A stretch of 64,000 bases of DNA from Macrostomum lignano (Eukaryota). The translations under genes were made by a program, and so were the position numbers. Positions 26,448-41,466 of this stretch are shown piece by piece; the stretch's first letter is position 1; each line of letters begins with the position of its first letter. The stretch covers positions 198,510-262,509 of the forward strand of contig NIVC01000887.1 of assembly GCA_002269645.1 (NCBI GenBank), written 5' to 3'. Under the pieces are notes generated by a model, which saw only the letters and a program-made list of their open reading frames with translations, was not told the DNA's origin and ran no database searches.

Positions 26448-26734
26448 TTTTAAACTGGAAAAGGCACACCGAACAAATATTCAATACAGTGGCTGCTATG
26501 ATGAGCTAAAACGCTGCGTGTGGGGAGTACCTTTACTCAACAGTCCTGCTCAAAAACCTTGAGCCAACTGAGTCGACACACTTACTCGATTTCCAATTTT
26601 TAATGGCTAAATGCAGGAAATAGACAGACAAGAAAATGTAATCGAATTATTGTCAGTGAATTTTTAAAAAATAGCTGACTGGATGAAGACCATTTCTTTA
26701 GGGATCAACTCAATGCAAGTAAGTAGCGGGGAGT

Positions 26735-27320
26735 TGGAGGCAGGGAGTGAGGGGGTTTGGGGCAGGGAGTGAGGGGGGTTGGGGCAGGGAGTGAGGGTAG
26801 TTGGGGCAGGGAGTGAGGGTGGTTGGGGCAGGGAGTGAGGGGGGTTGAGGCAGGGAGTGAGGGGGGTTGGGGCAGGGAGTGAGGGGGGTTGGGGCAGGGA
26901 GTGAGGGTAGTTGGGGCAGGGAGTGAGGGTGGTTGGGGCAGGGAGTGAGGGGGTTGAGGCAGGGAGTGAGGGGGGTTGGGGCAGGGAGTGAGGGGGGTTG
27001 GGGCAGGGAGTGAGGGGGGTTGAGGCAGGGAGTGAGGGGGTTGGGGCAAGGAGTGAGCGGGGTTGAGGCAGGGAGTGTGGGGGGTTGGGGCAGGGAGTGA
27101 GGGGGGTTGGGGCAGGGAGTGAGGGTAGTTGGGGCAGGGAGTAAGGGTGGTTGGGGCAGGGAGTGAGGGGGGTTGGGGCAGGGAGTGAGGGGGGTTGGGG
27201 CAGGGAGTGAGGGTAGTTGGGGCAGGGAGTGAGGGGGGTTGGGGCAGGGAGTGAGGGTGGGATTGGGGCAGGGAGTGAGGGTGGGGGCTGGGACAGGGAG
27301 TGAGGTGGAGTTTGGGGTAG
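26735..27320. repeat. ~21-bp G-rich minisatellite (GGGTTGGGGCAGGGAGTGAGG)n
   Basis: Visible array; G4-prone. Confidence 0.95.
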
Positions 27321-28124
27321 AATGAGACGGGGAAGCAGGGACAAAGGGATATCTGACTATTGATAAGTGCAAAAATTTAATACAGAGCTTCCTGCAACGT
27401 TAAAACAAATAATTAACGCACAGTCTGTCAAGTAGGCTTAAGAAAAGGATTTGAAATTCGCTATTTGTTGTGTAGGGGCAAGGTAGCAACTGTAGGAGAT
27501 TTGAATTTGACGCAGAGATGAGGGAGATGAGCATGCGTGATAGACTGGAAACTTCTGAGAACAAAAGGCGGGTAAATGAATTGACAGACAGGAAGAAAGC
27601 GACAGACAGAGAGAGGATAGCTGAGAGCTTGCCTTTTCACACCGACTGGAACTGCCTAGGAGTGAGAGGAATTGGGGGGCACTCCCGCACTATACTGTAA
27701 CTCTCCCCTCTCTTCCTCAACTGTTTGCCATCAGGGCAGACAGATGAGTTTTAGCTTCCACTTCCTCTCTAGTAGCAGCAGTGGAAGCAAATAATGCAAG
27801 CAGTTATTGAGCCCCAAGCCATCCCGTCTGAGACAGTTTTGTGCAATCCTTTTTTTGTACAAATTACGCGCCCTGCTTAATGCAGAGTGTACTTTAGTTG
27901 CGCCAGAACAGCGCTGGAGTGTCCACATGCTGAGAGCGACAGTCGAGTACAAGCCTATTCATCTAGACAGCTGGATAAACACTGGGATCCCCCCGCGTTG
28001 GGGAAAGGAGAGTTATCGATTGCAACAACAGGGCAAATAATTCATTCCTTCAGGCTCAGTTACCATCCACAGGAAATGCTGAACAACTCAGAAGAAAATA
28101 ATGCTGCACTTTTACAGTCTAGAT

Positions 28125-29860
28125 GAAGTTTCCTGGACTGAGTTTTCTGGACTGAGTTTTCTGGGCTGAGTTTTCTGGACTGAGTTTTCTGGACTGAGTT
28201 TTCTAAACTGGGTTTTCTGGACTGAGTTTTCTGGACTGAGTTTTCTGGACTGAGTTTCCTGGACTGAGTTTTCTGGACTGAGTTTTCTAAACTGGACTCA
28301 GTTTTCTGGACTGAGTTTTCTGGGCTGAGTTTTCTGGACTGAGTTTTCTGGACTGAGTTTTCTAAACTGGGTTTTCTGGACTGAGTTTTCTGGACTGAGT
28401 TTTCTAAACTGGGTTTTCTGGACTGAGTTTTCTAAACTGAGTTTTCTGGACTGAGTTTTCTGGACTTAGTTTTCTGGACTGAGTTTTCTGGACTGAGTTT
28501 TCTGGACTGAGTTTTCTGGACTGAGTTTTCTGGACTGAGTTTTCTAAACTGAGTTTTCTGGACTGAGTTTTCTGGACTGAGTTTTCTAAACTGGACTGAG
28601 TTTTCTGGACTGAGTTTTCTGGACTGAGTTTTCTAAACTGAGTTTTCTGGACTGAGTTTTCTGGACTGAGTTTTCTGGACTGAGTTTTCTGGACTGAGTT
28701 TTCTGGACTGAGTTTTCTGGACTGAGTTTTCTGGACTGAGTTTTCTAAACTGAGTTTTCTGGACTGAGTTTTCTGGACTGAGTTTTCTGGGCTGAGTTTT
28801 CTGGGCTGAGTTTTCTGGACTGAGTTTTCTGGGCTGAGTTTTCTGGACTGAGTTTTCTGGACTGAGTTTTCTGGACTGAGTTTCCTGGACTGAGTTTTCT
28901 GGACTGAGTTTTCTAAACTGGACTCAGTTTTCTGGACTGAGTTTTCTGGACTGAGTTTTCTGGGCTGAGTTTTCTGGACTGAGTTTTCTGGACTGAGTTT
29001 TCTAAACTGGGTTTTCTGGACTGAGTTTTCTGGACTGAGTTTTCTAAACTGGGTTTTCTGGACTGAGTTTTCTAAACTGAGTTTTCTGGACTGAGTTTTC
29101 TGGACTTAGTTTTCTGGACTGAGTTTTCTGGACTGAGTTTTCTGGACTGAGTTTTCTGGACTGAGTTTTCTGGACTGAGTTTTCTGGACTGAGTTTTCTA
29201 AACTGAGTTTTCTGGACTGAGTTTTCTGGACTGAGTTTTCTAAACTGGACTGAGTTTTCTGGACTGAGTTTTCTGGACTGAGTTTTCTAAACTGAGTTTT
29301 CTGGACTGAGTTTTCTGGACTGAGTTTTCTGGACTGAGTTTTCTAAACTGAGTTTTCTGGACTGAGTTTTCTGGACTGAGTTTTCTAAACTGAGTTTTCT
29401 GGACTGAGTTTTCTGGACTGAGTTTTCTGGACTGAGTTTTCTGGACTGAGTTTTCTGGACTGAGTTTTCTGGACTGAGTTTTCTAAACTGAGTTTTCTGG
29501 ACTGAGTTTCCTGGACTGAGTTTTCTGGACTGAGTTTTCTGGACTGAGTTTTCTAAACTGAGTTTTCTGGACTGAGTTTTCTGGACTGAGTTTTCTAAAC
29601 TGAGTTTTCTGGACTGAGTTTTCTGGACTGAGTTTTCTAAACTGAGTTTTCTGGACTGAGTTTTCTGGACTGAGTTTTCTGGACTGAGTTTTCTGGACTG
29701 AGTTTTCTGGACTGAGTTTTCTGGACTGAGTTTTCTGGACTGAGTTTCCTGGACTGAGTTTTCTGGACTGAGTTTACTGGACTGGGTTTTCTCGACTGAG
29801 TTTTCTAAACTGAGTTTTCTGGACTGAGTTTTCTGGACTGAGTTTTCTAAACTGAGTTTT
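28125..29860. repeat. 14-bp minisatellite (CTGAGTTTTCTGGA)n
   Basis: Visible 1.7-kb array. Confidence 0.97.
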
Positions 29861-30524
29861 CCGCGATGATCAAAGAGCATTCACTGCAAGCTCGTCCAAA
29901 ATGTTTCAATGAAAACGTATTGAAAATGAACTCAATAAAACAGGTAGATCATTAGCCAAGAGGTTGTTACAGATGAAAAAAATGCATATAAAAAGAGCAG
30001 CATGGCAGATAATATAAAAAAATAACAAAACAGAGCTGTGAACTTGTTCATTTGCTTTTGAGTTTTCACATGTTTTATGCTAGCAATAATATTACTCGCA
30101 AATTGCACACTTTGAATTCAGACACTGACGCAGACGGAAGAGTTTTTGTCTCAATTGAATCTCTGCAAGCACTATGCAGCATAGGCTACGCTGCTAGGTG
30201 CATATCTATTCTACAGAAGGCTTGCAGAAATTCAATCATGTTAAACAGAACCTTTTTAATTCAGTCAGAGCCAAGTCTATGGACTGTTGACCTGCGCTTT
30301 GATCTGCCTGTTGATCTGCGCTTTGTGGATTTTCATGTTCTTCAGCCTCTTCGTCTTTCCTTTTCTCTCTCCTACATCATTCTTCGCCTTCCTCTTGAAG
30401 CAGTTCGCCTTGCAAATCTAACTAGCGATCATGTTTAATTTGAAAAGGTCTGTGTATGAAAGGTCCAGCACAGGCCCTTGTAGCACAGGGTTTTTTGAGT
30501 CAAATCGGTTATAGACAAGTAAAT

Positions 30525-32700
<2,176 letters not shown>

Positions 32701-32890
32701 ATAAATGTACGTGAAATGCTGCAGCAGTCATCAAGATGTGAGAATTATTAATTTTTGAAGTTGTCCTACTGAAATGGTACTTTCCCTAGTGAATTTAGGA
32801 AATGTGAACTTCAGGAAGTCTGTGAGGTTTAAAATTAATTTGTTGAAGTTCGGTGGAAGCGTGCACTACGAGGATCCAAGCCCAGCTCAC

Positions 32891-33118
32891 CCGAGAAGCC
32901 ATCGATGTCGACGGGTCCTCCAGAATCGCCCAGACTTTCCGGCGAAATTTTATCCAGCCATTGGTCTCTGCCTCCCAGGACTCCTTCTGCGCGGCCTTGC
33001 CAGTCAGGAAGGTGTTGTCGATGCCAGCAAGTGTCTCCTTGCACTCGGCGGCCTGGCTGTAGCTGGTCCAGCAGCAGGGCTCAATGTCCTGCTCGTACAT
33101 GCCCCAGAATTCGAACTC
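32891..33118 (-). CDS. Shaw: Shaw/Kv3 channel, exon 2 (end of T1)
   Basis: cag|EFEFWGMYEQDIEPCCW...WAILEDPSTSMASR|gtgagc; 228 nt, phase 0. Confidence 0.94.
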
Positions 33119-33161
33119 CTGTGGCGTGATGGGGTTTGAATTCGTTGACGAGTTCTCGTCA

Positions 33162-33700
33162 GGACCTAAATAAGGGACCTAAATAATAATAAGGACCTAA
33201 ATAAGCAGGTAATAAGGACCTAAATAGTCAGGTAATAAGGACCTAAATAGGCAGGTAATAAGGACCTAAATAGTCAGGTAATAAGGACCTAAATAGGCAG
33301 GTAATAAGGACCTAAATAGGCAGGTAATCAGGACCTAAATAAGCAGGTAATAAGGACCTAAATAAGCAGGTAATAAGGACCTAAATAAGCAGGTAATAAG
33401 GACCTAAATAGGCAGGTAATCAGGACCTAAATAAGCAGGTAATAAGGACCTAAATAAGCAGGTAATAAGGACCTAAATAAGCAGGTAATAAGGACCTAGA
33501 TAAGCAGGTAATAAGGACCTAAATAAGCAGGTAATAAGGACCTAAATAGGCAGGTAATCAGGACCTAAATAAGCAGGTAATAAGGACCTAAATAAGCAGG
33601 TAATAAGGACCTAAATAAGCAGGTAATAAGGACCTAAATAAGCAGGTAATAAGGACCTAAATAAGCAGGTAATAAGGACCTAAATAAGCAGGTAAAAAGG
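33162..33700. repeat. 23-bp minisatellite (AGGACCTAAATAAGCAGGTAATA)n
   Basis: Visible array. Confidence 0.96.
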
Positions 33701-34069
33701 ACTCAACTAAGCAGCTAGTAGAGACCTTTAAACATTCCCATGGACTATTCATTCTCACAACTCCCCCTAAACCAGAGACACTTGCTGGTTTCCCGAACCG
33801 TGCCGAACTGAGAGCTCAGCTTTCAGGATTGATCTCTTTGCCCCTAACAAAAACCTAAGCAAGTAGACAAACATTGGAAAAACATTGTTTGACCAGATGT
33901 CAGGTTCCAGCGGCAACAGGGCATAATGGTATGAGCCTGTGCATATGCAGGCCCTCCTTTGCTGGCAGTCTGATGATGACGAATGCATTCCTCTCTATTC
34001 TCTTTATTCTGCATCATTTAATAATGAGACAGTCCGTCTGAGTCAAAATTATATCCCACGTGATAAGCA

Positions 34070-35130
34070 GTGTCAGAATGGGATCTCAGGTGATAAAGAA
34101 CTGTTATGTCTCAGGTGATATGCAGTGTTAGAATGGGATCTCAGGTGATAAGCACTGTTAGAATGGGATCTCAGGTGATAAGCAGTGTTAGAATGGGATC
34201 TCAGGTGATAAGCAGTGTTAGAATGGGATCTCAGGTGATAAGCAGTGTTAGAATGGGATCTCAGGTGATAAGCACTGTTAGAATGGGATCTCAGGTGATA
34301 AGCAGTGTTAGAATGGGATCTCAGGTGATAAAGAACTGTTATGTCTCAGGTGATATGCAGTGTTAGAATGGGATCTCAGGTGATAAGCACTGTTAGAATG
34401 GGATCTCAGGTGATAAGCAGTGTTAGAATGGGATCTCAGGTGATAAAGAACTGTTATGTCTCAGGTGATATGCAGTGTTAGAATGGGATCTCAGGTGATA
34501 AGCACTGTTAGAATGGGATCTCAGGTGATAAGCACTGTTAGAATGGGGTCTCAGGTGATAAGCACTGTTAGAATGGGATCTCAGGTGATAAGCAGTGTTA
34601 GAATGGGATCTCAGGTGATAAGCACTGTTAGAATGGGATCTCAGGTGATAAGCACTGTTAGAATGGGATCTCAGGTGATAAGCACTGTTAGAATGGGATC
34701 TCAGGTGATAAGCAGTGTTAGAATGGGATCTCAGGTGATAAGCACTGTTAGAATGGGGTCTCAGGTGATAAGCACTGTTAGAATGGGATCTCAGGTGATA
34801 AGCACTGTTAGAATGGGGTCTCAGGTGATAAGCAGTGTTAGAATGGGATCTCAGGTGATAAGCACTGTTAGAATGGGATCTCAGGTGATAAGCACTGTTA
34901 GAATGGGATCTCAGGTGATAAGCAGTGTTAGAATGGGATCTCAGGTGATAAGCACTGTTAGAATGGGATCTCAGGTGATAAGCACTGTTAGAATGGGGTC
35001 TCAGGTGATAAGCACTGTTAGAATCGGATCTCATGTGATATGCAATGTTAGAATGGGATCTCAGGTGATAAGCAGTGTTAGAATGGGGTCTCAGGTGATA
35101 AGCACTGTTAGAATGGGATCTCAGGTGATC
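34070..35130. repeat. 30-bp minisatellite (AGAATGGGATCTCAGGTGATAAGCACTGTT)n
   Basis: Visible array; source of the (SQVISTVRMG)n ORFs. Confidence 0.97.
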
Positions 35131-35149
35131 AATCCAAGCATCCGCTCAC

Positions 35150-35422
35150 CCGCTTAACAACATTGCCGCACAGATTATGCCGGATGTGCAATTCGTCCGT
35201 TCGATAAAAGTGCAAAATATCGGCGAACACCTCCGGATGCCGCTCAAAGTAGTACTCGCCCCTGTCGACGTCATACGCCTCGTCATCCTGTCGCAGGGTG
35301 GCCAGCAGGGACAGGCGGGTGCCGGGGAATCTCTCCAACACGCCGTAGGAAGTCTCAAACCTGCTGCCGCTGATATTAATCACGACCCTGGTCCGGTCGC
35401 CTTCAACCGATTCGGCGGCCAT
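35150..35422 (-). CDS. Shaw: Shaw/Kv3 channel, exon 1 (T1/BTB domain)
   Basis: MAAESVEGDRTRVVINISGSRFET...YYFERHPEVFADILHFYRTDELHIRHNLCGNVVKR|gtgagc. With exon 2 it gives the intact HX5CX20CC zinc site of non-Shaker Kv channels. Confidence 0.93.
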
Positions 35423-36164
35423 GCGCTTAGCCTAGCTAACCAGCAGCCTGTCCGACTACTGTCACTTGCATGCAGCAATGAGCTACTTCCCAGATCAGGC
35501 CAGGTGTATAACTGGAAGGGGCCGGTTTTTTGGTTTAGCTCTGCTCAGTGGGGCTGGGGCTTTGTAGCACCTGAGAATTGGAGGGGAGAGGCAGTTGGGG
35601 GTAGTTTTGTTGTTTCAAGCGTATGGTTATCGAGCGACTCTGTACCCTCGGCCTGACTGGCTGCTGCAGGCACTGGTAGCTCAAAGCCGCCCGTCTGCCT
35701 ATTCAGAGTGAGCCTCCCCCCAGCGCTCTGCACGCCGGAGGGGAAGCATTTTGTCAGCTTAAAAATGCAATTTGCCCCGCTCCGGTCGATGCGCCTGGGA
35801 CGCATACAGGTATAGGGCGAATTGCAGTCACTACCGATAGCAGCGTTGCCAATAGTGACGCCAATGGCTGGCCTGCACAGTGGATAGCCGCAGTGTTGCT
35901 GACTTGCAGGCTCACTGACTCACAGCTTTGCTAGCGCGAGACCGCATGCAGTCGCTGATCCGGGAGCCCCCACGATAGATTTTACAAAGGAAGCCCAAGT
36001 GGAACGGAAAATGCATGCTGAAGTGCCTGGTTGATAAAACGCTTGCATATGCTGCGCATGTTCCCGTAGCCACTCAACAACTTTAGTGGCAGAAAGTATA
36101 AGCGATACTCCAGATCAATTTAAAACAATTCTGGTGCAGAACATGTGCTTTGGGAATGGGCGAG

Positions 36165-36700
36165 AGACAGCAAGATGAGACATGATCTGCCATACTCAAC
36201 AGACACAGCTCTGACAGCAAGGTGAGACATGATCTGCCATACTCAACTGACACAGCTCTGACAGCAAGATGAGACATGATCTGCCATACTCAACAGACAC
36301 AGCTCTGACAGCAAGATGAGACATGATCTGCCATACTCAACACACACAGCTCTGACAGCAAGATGAGACATGATCTGCCATACTCAACAGACACAGCTCT
36401 GACAGCAAGATGAGACATGATCTGCCATACTCAACACACACAGCTCTGACAGCAAGATGAGACATGATCTGCCATACTCAACAGACACAGCTCTGACAGC
36501 AAGATGAGACATGATCTGCCATACTCAACAGACACAGCTCTGACAGCAAGATGAGACATGATCTGCCATACTCAACAGACACAGCTCTGACAGCAAGATG
36601 AGACATGATCTGCCATACTCAACAGACACAGCTCTGACAGCAAGATGAGACATGATCTGCCATACTCAACAGACACAGCTCTGACAGCAAGATGAGACAT
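36165..36700. repeat. 47-bp minisatellite
   Basis: CAAGATGAGACATGATCTGCCATACTCAACAGACACAGCTCTGACAG repeats. Confidence 0.96.
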
Positions 36701-37590
36701 GATGAGACAGTGTCAGTACCTGTCCATCATTAGTGTGTGTCAGCACCTGTTCATCAACAGTGTCTGTGTCAGCACTTGTCCATCTAACACTGTCAGTACC
36801 TGTCCATCAAGAGTGTCTGTGTCAGCTCTTGTCCATCTAACAGTGTCAGCACCTGTCCATCTAACAGTGTCAGTACCTGTCCATCATTAGTGTGTGTCAG
36901 CACCTGTTCATCAAGAGTGTCTGTGTCAGCACTTGTCCATCTAACAGTGCCAGCACCTGTCCATCTAACAGTGTCAGCACCTGTCCATCTAACAGTGCCA
37001 GCACCTGTCCATCTAACAGTGCCAGCACCTGTCCATCTAACAGTGTCAGCACCTGTCCATCTAACAGTGCCAGCACCTGTCCATCTAACAGTGCCAGCAC
37101 CTGTCCATCAACAGTGTCAGCACCTGTCCATCTAACAGTGCCAACACCTGTCCATCTAACAGTGCCAGCACCTGTCCATCAACAGTGTCAGCACCTGTCC
37201 ATTATCAGTGTGTGTAAACCAGTCCATCATTAGTGTGTGTCAGCACTTGTCCATCTAACAGTGCCAGCACCTGTCCATCTAACAGTGTCAGCACCTGTCC
37301 ATAAAGAGTGTCTGTGTCAGCACTTGTCCATCTAACAGTGCCAGCACCTGTCCATCTAACATTGTCAGCACCTGTCCATCTAACAGTGTCAGCACCTGTC
37401 CATCAAGAGTGTCTGTGTCAGCACTTGTCCATCTAACAGTGCCAGCACCTGTCCATCAACAGTGTCAGCACCTGTCCATTATCAGTGTGTGTCAGCACCT
37501 GTCCATCATTAGTGTGTGTCAGCACCTGTCCATCAACAGTGTCTGTGTCAGCACCTGTCCATCTAACAGTGTCAGCACCTGTCCATTATC
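36700..37590. repeat. ~24-bp minisatellite (CAGCACCTGTCCATCTAACAGTGT)n
   Basis: Visible variant array. Confidence 0.94.
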
Positions 37591-38083
37591 AGTACCTGTG
37601 GTCAAACAGTATTTGCTAGAAGTTGACTCAAAGCAAACTCCACAAATTGGATGCCAGCAAATGAAGCCATTTTGATTTTAAATAGCACAATAAATATTGT
37701 TAGCAGTGAAGCCGACTGATTAACAAGACTGTTTTATTGCTTGTAAACAAACAAACACAAGAATAATGAATTTATTTAAAAAAAGAGTTTAAATGCCTCC
37801 CACACAAAATGCAGCAAGTATTGAGCACCAAAACTGCAATTTCTTGGAATTGAAAATAATTCAAATATTCCAATAGCAACGATAGCAAGTGGACTAAAAA
37901 TAAGAAAATAAATTAAACTGAGAAAATAAAGTTTCAAGTACGATTAGTTGTTATAGTACAGTTAATAGTAGGGCTTGGGCGCTGCCTAAAATTTGAATCA
38001 TTCGGAGATAAGACCGCTACTGAGACGGGAATTAAAGGTTAGATTATTGTAGCACGCATCGGTTCAATAGTTTGTGCTTCCTG

Positions 38084-40439
38084 TTAAGACTGCCTGCAGA
38101 GGGGATCGTTGCGGGCAGACTCGGGGATCTGGTACTTGCCTGACGGGTCAGCCGCTAGTGCGCCTTCATCTTCTGCTGCTGCGGCTGATGACGCCCTCCC
38201 TGATAGCTCTGCGGTTGCCTTGGCTACGCCACCGGCCTCCCTGGACACTGGCGGACTGGCTGAATCTTTGTTCTCTATCGATACTGAACCGGTTAAATCA
38301 ACCTTCGCTTTGGATACGGTGCTGGCCGAGTCTTTGTTCTGTTTACTTAAATAGCTAGTAGGCTCTTTGTTTTCTTTGCACATAGAACTGAAGGAGTCCG
38401 TGTGCGCCTTGAGCATCGAGCTAGTGGAGTCTTTGTTCTCCTTGAGCATCGAGCTGGTAGAGTCTTTGTTCTCCTTGAGCATCGAGCTAGTGGAGTCTTT
38501 GTTCTCCTTGAGCATCGAGCTGGTAGAGTCTTTGTTCTCCTTGAGCATCGAGCTAGTGGAGTCTTTGTTCTCCTTGAGCATCGAGCTGGTAGAGTCTTTG
38601 TTCTCCTTGAGCCTCGAGTCGGTGAAGTCTTTGTATTCCCTGGCCGCAGGCGGGGGAGGCGGGGGAAAAGACTTGACCGAGGCAGTCCCAGGAAGTCTAG
38701 CAGTGACCGCTGCGGCAGAAGCTACCGGCTGTGCTGCCGAGTTCGGCACGGGCAGTCGAGCAACCGGCGGCCCCCCGGAGCGTCGCTGCTTGCCGCCGGC
38801 GGCGGCCGACGCCTCCTCGCCGGAGTTGCGTCCGGTGGCGCGCGACGGCACAACGTGGCGACGAACAACGGCGGCGCAATGCTGGCAGGCCTGGGCGCGC
38901 TCCACTATGGCCGAGAAGGCCAAACCCATCCGGCCGCTCTTCTCATCGAGAGTCGCCAGTTCCTCAGTCAGCCGCTGGCAGCGAGACCGAAGCTCGTCCG
39001 ATTCCGCTGTCGCGCGCTCCGCCGCCGTCTCGGATGCCGCCGCTCGCTCGGCAACAATCGCCAGCTGCTTGTTGAGCTCCGAACAGCGGCATTCGGCAGC
39101 GTCAGCTCGAGTCTTAGCCGACTCAAGCTTAGCCTCAACAGTTGCCACCTGCTCAGCAGTCGCTTGCAGCCGATTTTCCAGCTCAGAACAGCGAACCTCG
39201 GCAGCTGCGGCTCGCTCCGCGGCGTCAGCCAGCTCGGCCTGCAGCTTTGAAGCCGCTGAGCTGTCAATCTCGTCCGGCATAGCGGCCACTTGGTTGAGCT
39301 CGGATTTCAACGATTCAATTTTATCGTTGAGCCGCCTGAGCTCGTACTCGGCGCCGGAGACAGCTTCGACGGCGTCGTAGAATGCCCGACGCAGATCGGC
39401 CTGCCGTTCGTCCGATTTGACAGCCGAGTCCAGGCTGAGGAAGAGGTCCACGCGGACGCCCTGGTCGCGGCAGCTGATGGCCTGCAGTACAGTCATGAGC
39501 AGAGCTCGATAGTCTGTGTCGCCGGCCTCGTCAGAATAATCTCGCTTGTCCAGCGCACGCCGCAGGTCGGCCAAAGCGTCGGTAGCGTCGGCCAGCTCGC
39601 GGTGCAGCTCGGCATTGTCGCCGCCGCAATCGTCGGCCTTGACAAGCTGATGGTAGTCGGCTAGGGACATTGTTCGGCCTTCGGCTAACTGAACCTGCAG
39701 CTTGGCCTTCAAATTTGAGGCCTTGGCGATTGCGCGGCGGCACAGACGATGCGCCCGGCTGTAGTTGGCAGCCATGCGGTCCCGCTCCCGCTTCCTGGCG
39801 TCGGACAGCTCGTACAGGGCGGCGATGTCGTTGAAGGCGGCGGCGACCCGACGCCGCTCGGCCAGGAGCTGTTCGCTGGCTTCGGCCAGGCGCGACTCCA
39901 GCCCGGCCGCCGCAGCCTCCGAGTCCGTCAGGCGAGCCGCCAGGCCTTCCAGACGGTGCAGCTCGACGCTGTCAATGGCAGTCTGGCATTCGACATCGGC
40001 CGGGGCATCGAGCGAGGTGGCCGCCACTCGCTCAGTCTGTACAGCCGAGTGCAGGCAGGTTTCGTCAAGCTGCAGCCGCCTGAGCTCCGGGCAAGTCATG
40101 GTGGACGAGCTGACCTTCACAATCCATTCGGAGCCGGCGAACGTCTGCGTGCAGGCCGTCCGGACCGACGGCTTCGACGGCTGCGGTTGCGGCGGCGGCG
40201 GAGGCGGCGGAGTTGGCGCTGGCGGAGGCGCGGCAGCGGCCGAGCGGGCGGATTCGAGCTGCTCCAGCTGGGCGAGCAGTCTGGCGTTCTCCTCCTCGGC
40301 CAGCGACATCAGCTGGGCTCGGTCGGCCCGCTCTCTGGACAGCTGGCCGAGAGCTTCGTCCAGTTCGGATTGCAGGCGGAGCACCTCGGAGTTGATCACG
40401 CCGCGCCTGCCCTCCGACCAGTACTTGCTGGTGCGCTCC
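38084..40439 (-). CDS. CENPE: CENP-E-like kinesin-7, exon 10 (coiled coil and tail)
   Basis: Phase-2 acceptor aacag|G; open frame to ...DPLCRQS*; 11-aa repeats KENKDSTSSML. Confidence 0.8.
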
Positions 40440-40609
40440 CTGTTGTTTGTCGGGTGGGGAGTGCACGATGTACTTTTATTTCGAAAATAAGCTAGACAGC
40501 TGGCTTTTAGGGCTGATGCTTTGTAACGATTTGAAAAATATTTTTCTTTAGAAAACTAACAATGTACAAGGCTGTCTACACGTATAGCTTATTAAACTTT
40601 TTATGACCT

Positions 40610-41400
40610 ATGATAACCTAAATTAACCAACATTTATTACCCCTGAGGACCTAAATTAACCAATATTATGACCCCTGAGGACCTAAATTAACCAACATTT
40701 ATTACCCCTGAGGACCTAAATTAACCAACATTTATGACCCCTGAAGACCTAAATTAACCAACATTTATGACCCCTGAGGACCTAAATTAACCAACATTTA
40801 TTACCCCTAAGGACCTAAATTAACCAACATTTATTACCCCTGAGGACCTAAATTAACCAACATTTATGACCCCTGAGGACCTAAATTAACCAACATTTAT
40901 GACCCCTGAGGACCTAAATTAACCAACATTTATGACCCCTGAGGACCTAAATTAACCAACATTTATTACCCCTAAGGACCTAAATTAACCAACATTTATT
41001 ACCCCTGAGGACCTAAATTAACCAACATTTATGACCCCTGAGGACCTAAATTAACCAACATTTATGACCCCTGAGGACCTAAATTAACCAACATTTATGA
41101 CCCCTGAGGACCTAAATTAACCAACATTTATTACCCCTGAGGACCTAAATTAACCAACATTTATTACCCCTGAGGACCTAAATTAACCAACATTTATGAC
41201 CACTGATGACCTAAATTAGCCAATATTTATGATCTCTGAGGACCTAAAATAACCAATATTTACGACCCTCGATGACCTAAATTAATTAATATTTATGACC
41301 CTGGATGACCTAAGTTAGTAAATATTTATGAACCTGGATGACCCAAGTTAATAAATATTTATGAACCTGGATGACACAAGTTAATGAATAATTGAGCCCT
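40610..41400. repeat. 33-bp minisatellite (GAGGACCTAAATTAACCAACATTTATGACCCCT)n, CENP-E intron 9
   Basis: Visible array. Confidence 0.95.
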
Positions 41401-41466
41401 GATGATCTACATGTAAGTACGCATGACCCTGGCGACCCTACACCCTAAAAACCCAAAGCGCCCAAC

